From: Guillardia theta CCMP2712
Taxonomy: Eukaryota > Protista > Cryptophyta
Direction: 5' to 3'
Assembly: GCF_000315625.1 (NCBI RefSeq)
Contig: NW_005434622.1
Location: 1 to 64,000, forward strand
Length of the DNA: 64,000 nucleotides
Made by a program: the position numbers and the translations under genes. Under the pieces are notes generated by a model. It did not search any database and was not told where the DNA came from. It saw only the letters and a program-made list of their open reading frames with translations. Positions 27,087 to 39,100 of the stretch are shown in pieces (position 1 is the stretch's first letter; each line of letters starts with the position of its first letter).

Positions 27087-27114
27087 CTGATTTTTAACTT
27101 AACTTTGAGTAAAA
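27087..27114 (+). promoter_or_regulatory. Copy of the dispersed element ctgatttttaacttaactttgagtaaa
   Basis: Identical core to 1927-1953. Confidence 0.55.
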
Positions 27115-27576
27115 AGGGAGATCGGACCACAGACCCTGGCCAGGACCCTGGCAGACCACCACCACTCTGACCACCACTGTTGGCAATGGGTATTAGTGGG
27201 GATGAGGGATGACCCGGCTCCAAGCCGGCGAGATTGCCGGGCCATGGCAAGAGCTAATTTCCTAAAGAATATGATCCTTTTTAGTGGGAAATTACAGAGA
27301 AAGATTTCAAATATTCTGGAGGTTTAGCAGTGTTTCGCCATGGACTCGTCGAGGATCGCAACGATGAAGGTAAAAGAGAGAAGGGAAGAACAGATGAGCA
27401 GAGCAGGGGTAGGTGAGAGAAACCGCAGTACGGAACACAAAGAAAGGAAGGAAAGGGTTGGCTGTCGAGTTGAGAAAAAAGATTAGGGTGTGTACAGAGC
27501 ATTGTAAAGATATGAAATGTTTGCAACAAGTCAGCATGGTTGAACATCGACATCATATTGTAAAAGAACCAACCTC

Positions 27577-29458
27577 ATGTTAAAGGTGGTGGAGCTGAGG
27601 AAGGAGTTGGAGCAGCGCGGCCTGGACTGCAAAGGGTTGAAGGCGGAGCTTGTGAATAGGCTTCAACATGCGGTGGAGAATGAAATGCAGGAGCAGCCTC
27701 AAGGTGCCTTAGTACCTAATTTCTTTGCCCCTTGTTTGTCGATGACCTGCACTCGTTACAGAGCCGGAGAATCAAGATGCTGGCGACGCGTCGCTGACAG
27801 ATGAGGCTTTGCAACAAGGAAATGATGCTGTGCAGCCGTATAAACACGTTCAACCGTCAGAATCGGAGCACAATCGCGAAGCACCTATCACCTCGAGTAC
27901 GTATTTCCAGTCGGAAGATGCTTGTGCAGCCCCACACCAGGGCATTAGCGTAGACCCAGATCAGAACGGCACTCCTATGGTGCCGAACCAGGCGATGCAG
28001 ACTGCCGAAGAGAACAAGAAGAGACCAGCTACCGAACTAGAAGGTCCTGGTAGTGTTGATGCCTTCAAGCCTCAGAAGGACGATGCTTCCTTGAATGCAT
28101 TCAAAAGGCATAAATCCTATGTCGATGTGAGCTTCTTCTGAGACAACCGGCTCTGCGTATTATTGACGCTTGCGGAAGGAACCATTGCCAGAAAGGAACG
28201 AGGCACTTTTAGACCTCAGTCAAGCCCCCGCAGATCCATCGCACTTGTCTGCCAACATCTCCCAGAGTCCGAAAGGTTATTCATTGCTTGCATTATTAGA
28301 CCAAGGTGTAGCTGTTTATCTGATGCTCTTTGTGTCCAACTCCAGGCATGTCAATTCTTGCAGCGCCTTGGTCGCCTTCGGTAAATATCAACTGCAACGA
28401 GTTTTTCGAATGACTTTTTGCATTTCTCAAATATTGTGTCATACCTACCATATGAATTGAAAATCGAAGAATGACAGGTAAACCTGATCAATTGACTGTG
28501 AATGACTATCATCGTAATGATCATTTGATAGCTCCGGCAGTAATGCAAACCAGCAGACAGCTTCCTCACATCCCACAGCACTGGCAGGTAGCATGCAAAA
28601 CATACGTACTTCCTATCGCTTCAATGATCCTGCATCATGCCAGGGAATACCCATACAGGCAGTCAACCTGCGGCCTCGCGCACGCATGTGATAGAAATAC
28701 CAAACGAGAAAGTTGGCCTGCTCATTGGCAGGGGAGGATCTAACATTCGAGAACTAGAGCTTCGTACAGGATGCCGGGTCCAGATTGTCCACACAGTCAC
28801 AAGGGCAGGACGGTTTGAACCTCGTCCGATCGAGATCACGGGAACTTCACCGCAATTTGAGGCCATCAGAAAGCTCATCGCAGACAAGCTAGCCTTGCCT
28901 CTCTCGTCCATTTACGATATCACATCGAATACGACGGGCACTGGTTCTGCAGGGCATGAGAGACCTCCTCACAGCAGCGAAAGGAGCAGCTCAATCTACA
29001 ATATGCTTGAAGAGAAGACTCAAGCCATGGATCAAAAGCCAATTCCGGTGGAAGAAGATAGAAAGCGAGCGCTTCCTGCTAACGTCTCCAGGAACGAACC
29101 GTGTTCCCAAACCATCACCATCCCCAACGCTAAAGTAGGTTTCGTCGTCGGCAAGAATGCATCTTCCCTTAGAAATTTGGAGATGTATTTCGGCACTCGG
29201 GTGTTCATTGCCAGAGAATGCCCTTCAGGTTCGAATTTTCGCCCTGTCACGATTGCAGGGCCGTTTTCTGCCGTGGAAAGGACAAAAGATCATATTCTAT
29301 CCCAGGTCTGTTCCTACAATCTTGTTCGCGAGAGATAATTGAGTCACGTTCTGCAGATCCAGCAAGGAAATTGTGGCGCTCTTGTTGTACCCTTGTCTTC
29401 AAGCCCAGGCTACAGTCAACAACAGCACTACGATCACTTTGTTCTTCCAGTCCACTGA
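27577..29458 (+). CDS. SAP-domain plus two KH-domain RNA-binding protein
   Basis: SAP LKVVELRKELEQRGLDCKGLKAELVNRL. KH1 IEIPNEKVGLLIGRGGSNIRELE. KH2 ITIPNAKVGFVVGKNASSLRNLE, with a degenerate GxxG loop. Confidence 0.85.
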
Positions 29459-30038
29459 GTCCACCGTTGACTACTGGAGTCCCAGTCGGTCTCTGGATTT
29501 GTCGGTACGGTAGTAGTCTCAATGAGTAAGTAAGTTCAAAACTTTGAAAAATGATGTGCCAAGTTATGAATGTCGGATTCGAGTCCCTGAGACCCTCCGC
29601 CGGGCGGCCTCTGAGGTCGGGCAGCGGGCGCGTCATCACGCCGCTGTGTGCTGAGTGACCGACCGTGCGGATCCTATGAGCGGGCAGGCGGGCCCGGGGC
29701 CTCGCCCCGACCAGCCGCACCCGCCGCCGCGACACCGGCGGCCGCCCCGGTGAGTCGACCATGAGTTGGGGAATGTCAGTCGTGCTGTATGAGGGTTGGG
29801 TCGTAAAAACCGAGGAGGAAATGACGCCATTGCGCCTGTGAGTAAAAATGCCGGGAGTTAGAGCGGCAAGACCGCTGCACCCGCTTGCTCCTCTCCTTGT
29901 CATCATATCATGCTGCTTCTATCTGCTCCTTCATCGTGCGCTCCCATACCCTCACGCCGTCTTGTCCCAATCCTGTGAGCACAGTCCAAGATTGGTCCCT
30001 CCTATCTGCAAGCTGTCCGGGTGTGGAAGCACTTTGAG

Positions 30039-30786
30039 ATGATTGACAGATTCTCTGCCGTTTTATGCACCCTATGCCTATCCGCAAGCGCGACTCGACT
30101 CCCTTACAACGGGTTGCTTCCTGGAAGAACCATGTTGACGTTGGATAAGTCGCATGTCAACTATGAGGACCATTTCAAACTTCTGTATGACGGCACCACA
30201 GGCTGAAAGCGGATTCTTGCGGCTGAGAGGAGGCGGAGGAGTACAGTACTTGCACACTCTAGATGAGTTTGAAGCGGCAAGTAGATTGCTTGCAATGTGA
30301 GGTCAAACAAGCTGACCTTAGCTTCCAGAAGCTCAAGGAAGCCAAGGATAAACTCGTTGTCGTAGAATTCACAGCTGCCTGGTACCCGTGCCCTTGAAAG
30401 CTTTCGATGGCGTCTTGGCGAACCATGAAATCAGGTGTGGGCCATGCAAACGAATCGCCAGCAAGTATGAAGAAATGGCTTTGGAGAACCCCAACACGTT
30501 GTTTTACAAGGAAAGCTCGCATGTCGTCACGGCTGATCCTCTCTAACGCTCATGCCACGATCTCCAGGTAGATGTGGACGAAAACTATGAAACTGCTACC
30601 TCTCGCTCGATCTCTTGTATGCCAACTTTTCAGGTAGAATGTACTCTTCTCAATTCTGTTGATGTTTTGACTGGGGCCTCCTCCTGGAAGTTCTTCGTCA
30701 ATGGACAGTGTATGGACGATGTGGTTGGAGCAGACATTGAAAAAGTCCTTGAAAAAGTGAAGAAGCATGCGCGAGTTGCCGCATGA
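30039..30786 (+). CDS. Thioredoxin (WCGPC) with N-terminal signal peptide and LRLRGG linker, multi-exon
   Basis: KLVVVEFTAAW|CGPCKRI, FYK|VDVDE, ISCMPTFQ|FFVNG, VVGAD. An alternative start at 29848 is possible. Confidence 0.88.
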
Positions 30787-30966
30787 ATGCCTGGGCGAAG
30801 ATAACAGCACCTGCTGAACAAGGAGGGACGACTATGGAGCTATGAAATTAGTATCATTTCCAGACAGCAGAGCAGAGTTAGGGGACAGGAATGATTGAAG
30901 ACTCGCTTTAAATTTGAGCCCGTCACATTGACGAAGCTCTCAGGCAGACCGGAATGTGACTGCCGG

Positions 30967-31410
30967 GTTTTATAACTTAGTAAAGTTTTATAACTTAGTA
31001 AGAGCCTCCTCTGCGGCAAGCAATCCGGGGCAACTGAGTTCAGTGAAGCCTTACTAACTGTGAAAGTTCCGAAGCAGTGAGGGCCTCGGAGCCCGGCGCT
31101 GCCCGTTTCCGAAGTTTGGCGGGATGGCACTGCCAGTCCCCGGCTGGGGGGCCGCTGTTCACATCAGTGAGTCTGATTGGCCCCGCCGCGCGGCGCGCGG
31201 CCGCCGCCGGGGGCCCGGGCCGGGCCCGGCCGGACTCCCCGGAGTCCCGGCGCCCGGTTGATCGGAGGCTCCGACCGACTCCCGTCCCCGGAGGGCCTCG
31301 GCCCGGATCGGCGCCGGACGCGGCCGGTGGCGCCGCGGCCGCCTCCGGCCGGGCCGCCGCCGGACCGTCCGGGACGGACACGCGGCCTCGGAGCACCGTA
31401 CCGCGGCGTT
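30967..31410. promoter_or_regulatory. 18-bp tandem duplication (gttttataacttagtaa) followed by a very GC-rich island upstream of RRP9
   Basis: Duplication at 30967-31002 resembles the dispersed element. 31070-31410 is dominated by CCGG/GGCC. Confidence 0.45.
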
Positions 31411-31619
31411 GCAACCGTTGCAAGCGGGGACTTAGAAAACGGTTAATATCGCACGTGCGATCTGAGAGAGCTCGTGGAGTTGGCAGGGAGGAGCAGGGAG
31501 AGAGAGCGAAGAGAGGCGAAGCACGAGAAGGAAGGAGAGAGCAGCACGAAGACATCTCTCACCCGATGACCTACTGTCAGAATCTTAAGCCTTGAAGCGA
31601 GGACTCAAGTTTGCTCGTT

Positions 31620-32969
31620 ATGGCGCCGGCAAAAACTGTGAAACGAGCAGGGAGCAAGCGTAAGAATGAAGGGGACAATAAATTCAGTAGCAGAAAGAAG
31701 GCAGCGTTCAACGACGAAGAGCTTAGTGGTGATGATTTCAGCGCGGAGGAAGAAGCAAGATTCGAAAGCGGGGGAGAAGGCAGCGAAGATGAGTTTGCAT
31801 TAGAAACAGCAGACGAAACGAGGCTTCGGCTTGCCAAACAGTATCTTGAAACTGTCACTAACGAGGTGAAGAAGATCGAAGAGGACGACGACGCAGATGC
31901 CTTCAACCAAGATGCAATTGCTCATCGTCTACAGCAAGACATTGCTGAAGCAAAGGGGAAGCGCTACAAACATGTGGCAGATCACTTGGTGGGAAAGGAT
32001 ATACAAGTCTCCCAGGTTCTTCGCGGTCATAAGCTTTCAGTCACCAGCGTTGCACTTGCTGGAGATGACAGAACTTTGTGCTCAGCAGGAAAGGAGGGAG
32101 TGGTGTACCTGTGGGACTTGGAGTCAGGAACCAAGAAGAAGATATTTCCAGATGAAAAGTTTGGCAAGGTTGTGAACGGACTAGCTGTAAGTCAAGATGG
32201 GCAGTACGTCGCGATCGGAGGAAAGGATAGCTTGGTTCATGTATATGATGTTAGGCAGCAGAAGCTGGCGAGCAGCTTTAAGGGGCACCGCGACGCTGTT
32301 ACTTGCTTGGCCTTCCGCAAGGGAACTCACCAGCTGTTCTCCGGCTCGCTAGACAGGACAATCAAGATTTGGAACTTAGACGAGATGTGCTATGTTGAGA
32401 CGCTGTTCGGGCACCAGTGCCAAATCAACGGGATCGCCTCCCTGCTTCGAGAACGCTGCGTGTCAGTGGGGCGAGACAGAACGATGAGGCTGTGGAAGGT
32501 GATGGAGGAGTCGCAGCTCATCTTCAGGGGCCACACCCACAGCATCGACACCGTTGCCATGTCCAACGAAGAATTCTTCTGCGGAGGATCGCAGGACGGG
32601 GGCGTGAGCTTGTGGTCAGTGATGAAGAAGAAGCCGACGGTGATTCGCCGGGTGGCTCACGGCAGCGACGAGTTCGGCAACCCCAACTGGATCTCCTCAG
32701 TCGCTGCTCTCAACTACAGCGACCTCATTGCCTCCGGCTCCTGCGATGGGCTGGTGCGGCTCTGGAAGTGTGCAGATCAAAACTCGTCGCTGGAGGAGGT
32801 GGCACAGCTGCCTGTGAAAGGCTTCGTCAACTCGCTCTGCTTCTCCTCAACAGGGAGGTTCCTGGTCGCTGGCGTCGGGCAGGAGCATCGACTCGGAAGG
32901 TGGAAGAGAATGGGAGAGGCAAAGAACTCCATCGTAGTTCTTCCTTTGTCGCAAGAAGACTTGGTCTGA
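31620..32969 (+). CDS. RRP9: U3 snoRNP-associated WD40 protein RRP9 (U3-55K), intronless
   Basis: ETADETRLRLAKQYL, FKGHRDAVTCLAFRKGTHQLFSGSLDRT, YVETLFGHQ, LVAGVGQEHRLGRW. ATG at 31620. Confidence 0.95.
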   Translation: MAPAKTVKRAGSKRKNEGDNKFSSRKKAAFNDEELSGDDFSAEEEARFESGGEGSEDEFALETADETRLRLAKQYLETVTNEVKKIEEDDDADAFNQDAIAHRLQQDIAEAKGKRYKHVADHLVGKDIQVSQVLRGHKLSVTSVALAGDDRTLCSAGKEGVVYLWDLESGTKKKIFPDEKFGKVVNGLAVSQDGQYVAIGGKDSLVHVYDVRQQKLASSFKGHRDAVTCLAFRKGTHQLFSGSLDRTIKIWNLDEMCYVETLFGHQCQINGIASLLRERCVSVGRDRTMRLWKVMEESQLIFRGHTHSIDTVAMSNEEFFCGGSQDGGVSLWSVMKKKPTVIRRVAHGSDEFGNPNWISSVAALNYSDLIASGSCDGLVRLWKCADQNSSLEEVAQLPVKGFVNSLCFSSTGRFLVAGVGQEHRLGRWKRMGEAKNSIVVLPLSQEDLV

Positions 32970-33104
32970 GAGATTCAGAGAGCTCGGGGTGGGATGGAGT
33001 TGGAGGAACACAACAAAAGAAGCGGCAACGATGTTGATCATGTGAAGGGTGACGATGATAATAACCTTTACGTATATAAAACATGGCTGCAACAAGGTCG
33101 CACT

Positions 33105-34674
33105 TCAAATCTCATCTACACTCAACATCGCTCCCCAGCCGTATGTACATGAAGGCTGGAAGATCAGTTGGGGAGGGCAGGGAGGAAGAGTCTGCTTCTC
33201 GGAGAAGAAAGATTGTGCATGGTCTGGAATCTTGTCAGGTCTTGTCGACGAGGAGACGAGGTTTACCTTGATCCCCTCTGACGAGTCCGCAACAGGGCAG
33301 CAGAAGAAAAAAGAAGGCATCCTGTTCTTTCTGCAAAACAAGATCACTTCTCGACTGCGCTCGTCATCCAAGACTCACTGCATGAAGAGATCGGGATCGA
33401 TAGGAGGAGAGTCCTTCTCTGAGCCTACCCAGAGATGGTATTGCCCGTCGAAGCCCTGCCGGAGGTCAACGGTCTTGACGAGGATGGACAGACTAGCTCA
33501 CGGTGTTGTAGATGCCCCACGTGTTGGTGTAGATCCATCGCACCCGCCACATGGAGCTACAGCACAGCAGCATCAGCAACCGCTTGCTGCACATCGAGGT
33601 CTCCTACCTATCCCCGATGTGGTCCTCCATCAGAATCCCTGGGCCATCGTCTCCAGGAAATCTGTAAACACGAATCAAAGGATGAAGGGGGAAGAGCCAG
33701 TGCTGACCTGCAAGATTCCGTGTCTCTATAAGCGTCCAGGTTCAAGAAAACAAGCAGCCCTGGTCTGCTGTCTTGTCAGCGGATGGAACTCAACAGGCCT
33801 CCTCCAGCTCCTCCTCCAGCTCCTCCTCCAGCTCCTCCTCCTCCTGCTTCTCCTCTTTCTCGTTACCTCGCGTTGTCTTTCGCCACCTTGACGCGCAGCA
33901 TCTTGGAATCTTTCTTTCCTTCAGCCTCAAGCATGCTATCGTGCACAAGCTGACAGATGCACAAGTCAGCACTGGAAGCAGCAACTCAGTGTTGAGCTCA
34001 AGTCACCTCAACAAATCGGCTCAAGTGCTCCTGGCCCTCCGAACTTTGAACTTCGGCCATTCTCGAAACGATTTCGTCCAACATTAGCTTTGTGCTTTTC
34101 CTCTGCAAGTTTGAGCGAGCAAATGGCTTGCCGTTGCTCCCTTCCCCCTTATTCTGAAATTGTTTTAGCGCAGGCCAGCAAGCAAAGCTATATCCACCTG
34201 CACTTCCTGTACCTTCTCTAAGATGTGCTTTTGATCGCGGTCATCCATGTTGGAGAACAGGGCTGGTGCGAGCTTGGTCCATGCTTCAAGCAACGTGAAG
34301 AAAGCTTCTCTCTTCAGCACTAACAGCTCGCAGTCCGTGTTTGCTATGGCTATTGTGTAACCCTCCTCGTTAAGCAACATGCTTGTCTCTGCGAAGTGAT
34401 CCCCATCGGACAAATTCTTGGTTTGCTTTCCTGTATCATGAACAGAGACTTCTCCACGGCTTATGAAGAACATACAGCAAAACGTGTTTGGACCGTTGAT
34501 GACATAGCTGCTAGCCTCGTACTTCTTCCATTCTGCTGCTGCTGCAAACTGTTCCAAGAAAGCAACGCTGCAATCCTGTAGCAATGCAGGCACGTTGCAA
34601 TCATGACCCTCCACCACGAGTCGAGACCTTTGCGCTTCCCTCGCATTGGTCGCGACAGAGGACCCACAACCCAT
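33105..34674 (-). CDS. cNMP-binding-domain protein with N-terminal MGCGSS acylation motif, multi-exon
   Basis: MFFISRGEVSV...LSDGDHFAETSML...IANTDCELLVLKREAF cNMP fold. Further exons run to about 33105 (approximate). Confidence 0.7.
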
Positions 34675-35679
34675 GTTGACAGATGGACGCGGAAAAGGTC
34701 CAATTGAGAGATCGCTGGGGCCGACTAGAGCTGTTTTATATGCCTACCTTCTTTTGCTGATCACTTGTACATGATTCCTTTGTCGCTTCGTAGACTTTTT
34801 TTGGTTTTTTTGCGATGAATTTGATGTACCCACAACCTGCGCAGCATGTGCATCAGACAAGTTATTTTTGTCGCTCTGTTCCTGTTTCATAAAGGATTGC
34901 TAGTTTTATACGTGCAAACTTCCAACCACTTGCTCCTGCACTCTGTACTCACATGAAACCGGAAATCATAGTGATCGTGTCAAGTATTACGGCTAATACT
35001 GATGTTCTCAGCTCTAGCCTTGTTGCCGGGAGCTGGCTCTATCGACTCAGCCTTTTATGCTCTTCTCCTCCTGACTTCAGCCATCCTCTTCCTCCATGTC
35101 CACACCTTCGTTACTAACTAGCTCTCCCGAGATTCTCGTCCCGTGTTTTTGACCCTCGTCTACCCCACCCTTTCATATCTCAATTGATTGCTACCCCACC
35201 TACTACAAACATCCAGAATTTACCCCTACCCCATCTATGTTCAGGTAAAGTACCCCTCATTCATCTATGTTTCGGATATGAATTACCAATGACCCCTGCT
35301 GTCATCCACCCCCTTTTGATCGAAGTGAAAGAGATCTATCAACTCCGAATCCCCTTCTCCGACTCTATCTGTTCCTACCCCTACCCATACCCCTCCCCTG
35401 CCTCTACCCCCTCCACCCCCTTGTTTCCCTACGAGTCTTCCTACCGAGTGACCCCTACCCTACTCCCCCTACAACCGCCGCTCAGCGACGCTCAACTGAA
35501 CTTTGACCCACGACCCCCTTGATTTTAATTGGTTCAAATTGAAAAGATTCAATGTACACGGGATCTAGAACCAGTTCAAGTGCGAATCAATTCGAATGAA
35601 ACTTTAAGATACATCTCACGGACTGCCAGGCTGACAGTCGGCTCGCACGGTACCACATGGCCCATGGCGCTTCTTCCGG

Positions 35680-35810
35680 ATGAGTAAAGTTTGTATGTGC
35701 TTCTACATGAGTAAAGTTTGTATCTGCTTCTACATGAGTAAAGTTTGTGTTTCTGGATGAGTAAAATCTGTGTCTTGTTTCTAGATGAGTAAAATCTGTA
35801 TGTTGTTTCG
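35680..35810. repeat. Degenerate minisatellite, 5 units of 23-28 bp beginning atgagtaaa
   Basis: Units start at 35680, 35707, 35734, 35757 and 35785. Confidence 0.9.
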
Positions 35811-36196
35811 AGTCGCAGTACGGTGGATGAGCAGCGAGATGTCATGACGAGTGCAAGTCATATTCTTAACTTCTGCTATGTCCATCGTCAGGCGGCTCTA
35901 CACCGATGCCGTCTGGCATGACAGTGACGGAGTTGAGAGTGACTGTACCATGCTGCAAGAGAGAGTGCCACCGAGACAGAAAAGATGCTCCGACCTCACA
36001 AGTGGCTGCAAGCAACTTCCCTGCCTGATGGGTGAAAGGAGGTGTCCACTGTGATGTAAAGGGAGCCATGCGCGATGGAACCAGGAAAGAATTTTCAAAG
36101 CAATCGCCCAGCCAATGTATTGAGAACTGGAGTGCATTTCCAGAAGCAAGATAGAGAGGAGGAGTTCATTTGCCCTTTCATGTCAGAAGTTCATTC

Positions 36197-39100
36197 TTAG
36201 CGATGAGAAAAAGGAGAATCCTTGAGTCGCTTCTTGGGGATCTCATCCTCAACCTCCTGGCAACACAAGGTTCAGTGAGGGATATTGCTATCGTCGTCGT
36301 GATGTCTTACCCTAACTGCGTGCCGAGCGCCTCGCTTTGGAGTGAGGATCTCCCTACTGCTCGACTTGCTCACTGATATAGCAGTAGAGACTGAGGAGAG
36401 ATGAGTTGACTGCTCAAGGGCATTGATCTTCTCCTGCTGCTCTGCCATGCTCGTGCAGAAATCCTTGATCTCCTGCAAACACGCTCACATCATCCTGTTG
36501 AGGCAACAAGCAGCCAACACTCACGCGCAGCAACCTGTCTATCTCTCCTGCGGCATTCGTGTCTTCTTTCAGCTTCTGTTGCGTTCTCGACATGTAGTCG
36601 TTGGCTACTCCCAGCACGTTGCTCGACCTTTTCTCTTTGCTGGCCACGACCCTCGAGCCGTTCCACAGGAGCACGTTGTTGGGCGCGTCAAGCCCGACCG
36701 CCATCTCTCCTGCAGCTGCCCGGTAGGCGCGCGCATCCTGGTGTAGCTCGAACACAACTAGCCTGCCAAAGAAGCGACGAGCAAGCGAGTCGAGCATCGC
36801 GTCTCCTGCCCTTACTTGCCTCACAAACTTGTTGGCCCTTCCCAGGGCAGCGCGAGGAACCTCGTCGCTTGCTCCGTCGGGCGAGTCGATCATGTCCGGG
36901 AGAGCGATGGCGCGCAGGTCGGCAGTGTCAGGGTTACGGGAGAGCCTGTCCTCGACGTACTTGTTCATCTGGTGGCTGGAGGAGAAGACGAGGGTGGAGA
37001 GCTCAGCACCAAAGGCGGTCGAGATGGCGACCTGCAGCTCCGTTGCCCTGCTGTCGTCGATCTGATACAAGGAGGCCGGGCAGCCCAGGCACGAGTGGCC
37101 CTGTGGGATCTTGGCTTCATACTTGCAGGGCAGAAAGGTTGCCTTGCTCCAGCGAGTCGCCTTCTCCTCGAGCTCTCGCTGGATAGATCGAACCTTTGAC
37201 AGCCAGCGCTCGCATACTTGACCTTTCTGCGCATCGGCTGCGGCATCAAGTTCAAGAGAAAGTTGAGTGATCTCATGGGAGAAGCAGCTTTTAGTCGGCA
37301 TCGTTTGTAGGCAGTTCTTGATCTTCCTCTGTGACTGCTCCAACTCGTTGCGGCAACGTGAGATCTCGATCTTCGTTGCTCTCGTCCTCTCTTCTTCTTC
37401 TTCAGCGAAGCTAGCAGCATCTCCATCCACGTCTTCTGCGTCATCGGTGACCGTGTCGTAATGCACGAGGTTGACTTGATGCTGTTTGCTGGGCACAGGC
37501 GGGTCAAAGTTGCAGGCTGTGTCGAAGCACACAGTGCATCGCGACAGATCGCGACCATCAGACCAGCGGCGCGGCTTGAGGCGGAACGACGAGCATCTGC
37601 CAGGACAGGAGGAGGAGAGCTGGACAGGTTCAGCCTCAATCTCAAAGTCGTCGACCTCCAGCACGCGCGGCGAGATCGAAAGCTTCCAGTCGGAAACAGG
37701 ATGGTAAGAGGTGGGCTGATAAAGGCGATCGGCAGCGTGTACGCTGAAGGTAAAGCGATTCATCGATCCTTCTAGTTTGCAGCTTGGCAGGAGAATACAA
37801 TGTACCGGTCCTGAGAACAGATCGTTACTCGCGTCACAACAGAATCTGAATGATGTTACCTGGCTCGACCTTCACCTTGCAGGCCGTTGACTTTGTTGTC
37901 TTTGACGAACCTAGCCTTGTGTCTTCGAACACTGCTTTGATCTTCAGGTCGTTCCCAACCTCGTTCAAGGAGAACATGCAGATAAGCTGGTTGCCTTCAA
38001 ACGATATTGGGGTCGTTCCTAACTCCACGTCCTTCTTTCCATTGGCAGAGCAAACAAGCTTCACATCGGGTATTTCAGAGCTGAATTTCAACTCTTGCCC
38101 GTCCTCTGTGTGGAAGGTGATCTTGGCCGTGAAGTCTGCGGTCATCCGATCTCCTGACACTGTCGCCTGGAGGTGCTTGACGCTTGGCTCAACCTCGAGT
38201 CCAAGTTGCTGCACGGTGTTTCCAGGCATGGAGACAACCACCAGCTCCAAGCTCTTCAACTTTTTTGATTTCAGTGTGATCTTGTGTTGCCCCTTGGGCA
38301 GAGGGGGCAGACGAGCGAGTCTGTAAACAGTTTCTCGACCTTGCTCCCTCCACTTCTGTAGCTTTGCGGAAGATGACTTGGGGATGTCAAGCGTGAGATC
38401 GGTATCCCAGTGCTCTGACAGGTTGTTGCCGGAGCAGTCGGTCACCTGAAAGAAGATCTCGCAAAGATACTCGAGGTTGCTGGGGACCTGAAGGGGAAAC
38501 AAATTCGTGTGCCTGCCATCCAGCATGATCTCCGAAGCCTTGCCGGCATGCAGTTCAATCTGACTCTCAATCGCCTTCATCACATACCATTGCTGAGCAT
38601 ACTTCTTCTTAGGTTTGATCTTCATCTCCATCCGAAACGTTCCTCGAGCTGGTTTGCACTTGATGTAAACATTTCTCATCTGAAAGTCATTGTCATGAGT
38701 AGTGATGTTGCCCTTTGCTTTGACCCCTGACACTTCAACGCCCTGACTGTCCTTCATTAAGATCTCCCGTTCTTCGCGCTCGTTGGTTTCAAACTTGAAG
38801 GTGTACGTCTCGTGGTCAATGTCGAAATCTCCAAAGTTATCGATGACGAGGCCGTTGCGATCGCACACGAAACCTCTTAGGCTGAAACTTTCTCCAACAA
38901 CAACCTTGTCCCGCTCGACTTGCAGCCTCAGCAGAGCTGGTTCACCTCGATTCACTCTGACCTGAATTTTCAGATCCTGAGGAATGCCATTATCATTGTT
39001 GATGTTGATGGAATACGTCTCATCTTGCTTTGCGACAAACTCTGGCAGTAGCAGCTTCTTAGCCTTCGCAGGTCGGAACTTCAATGGGCTCCCTGCTTCC

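Noticed and set aside
27536-27585. Possible third stop-adjacent frame break upstream of the SAP domain
   Set aside because: An in-frame ATG at 27577 suffices, and the upstream peptide has no support.
31040-31595. Overlapping 170-aa A/G/P/R-rich ORFs on both strands
   Set aside because: Open only because the GC island lacks stop codons; no domain signal.
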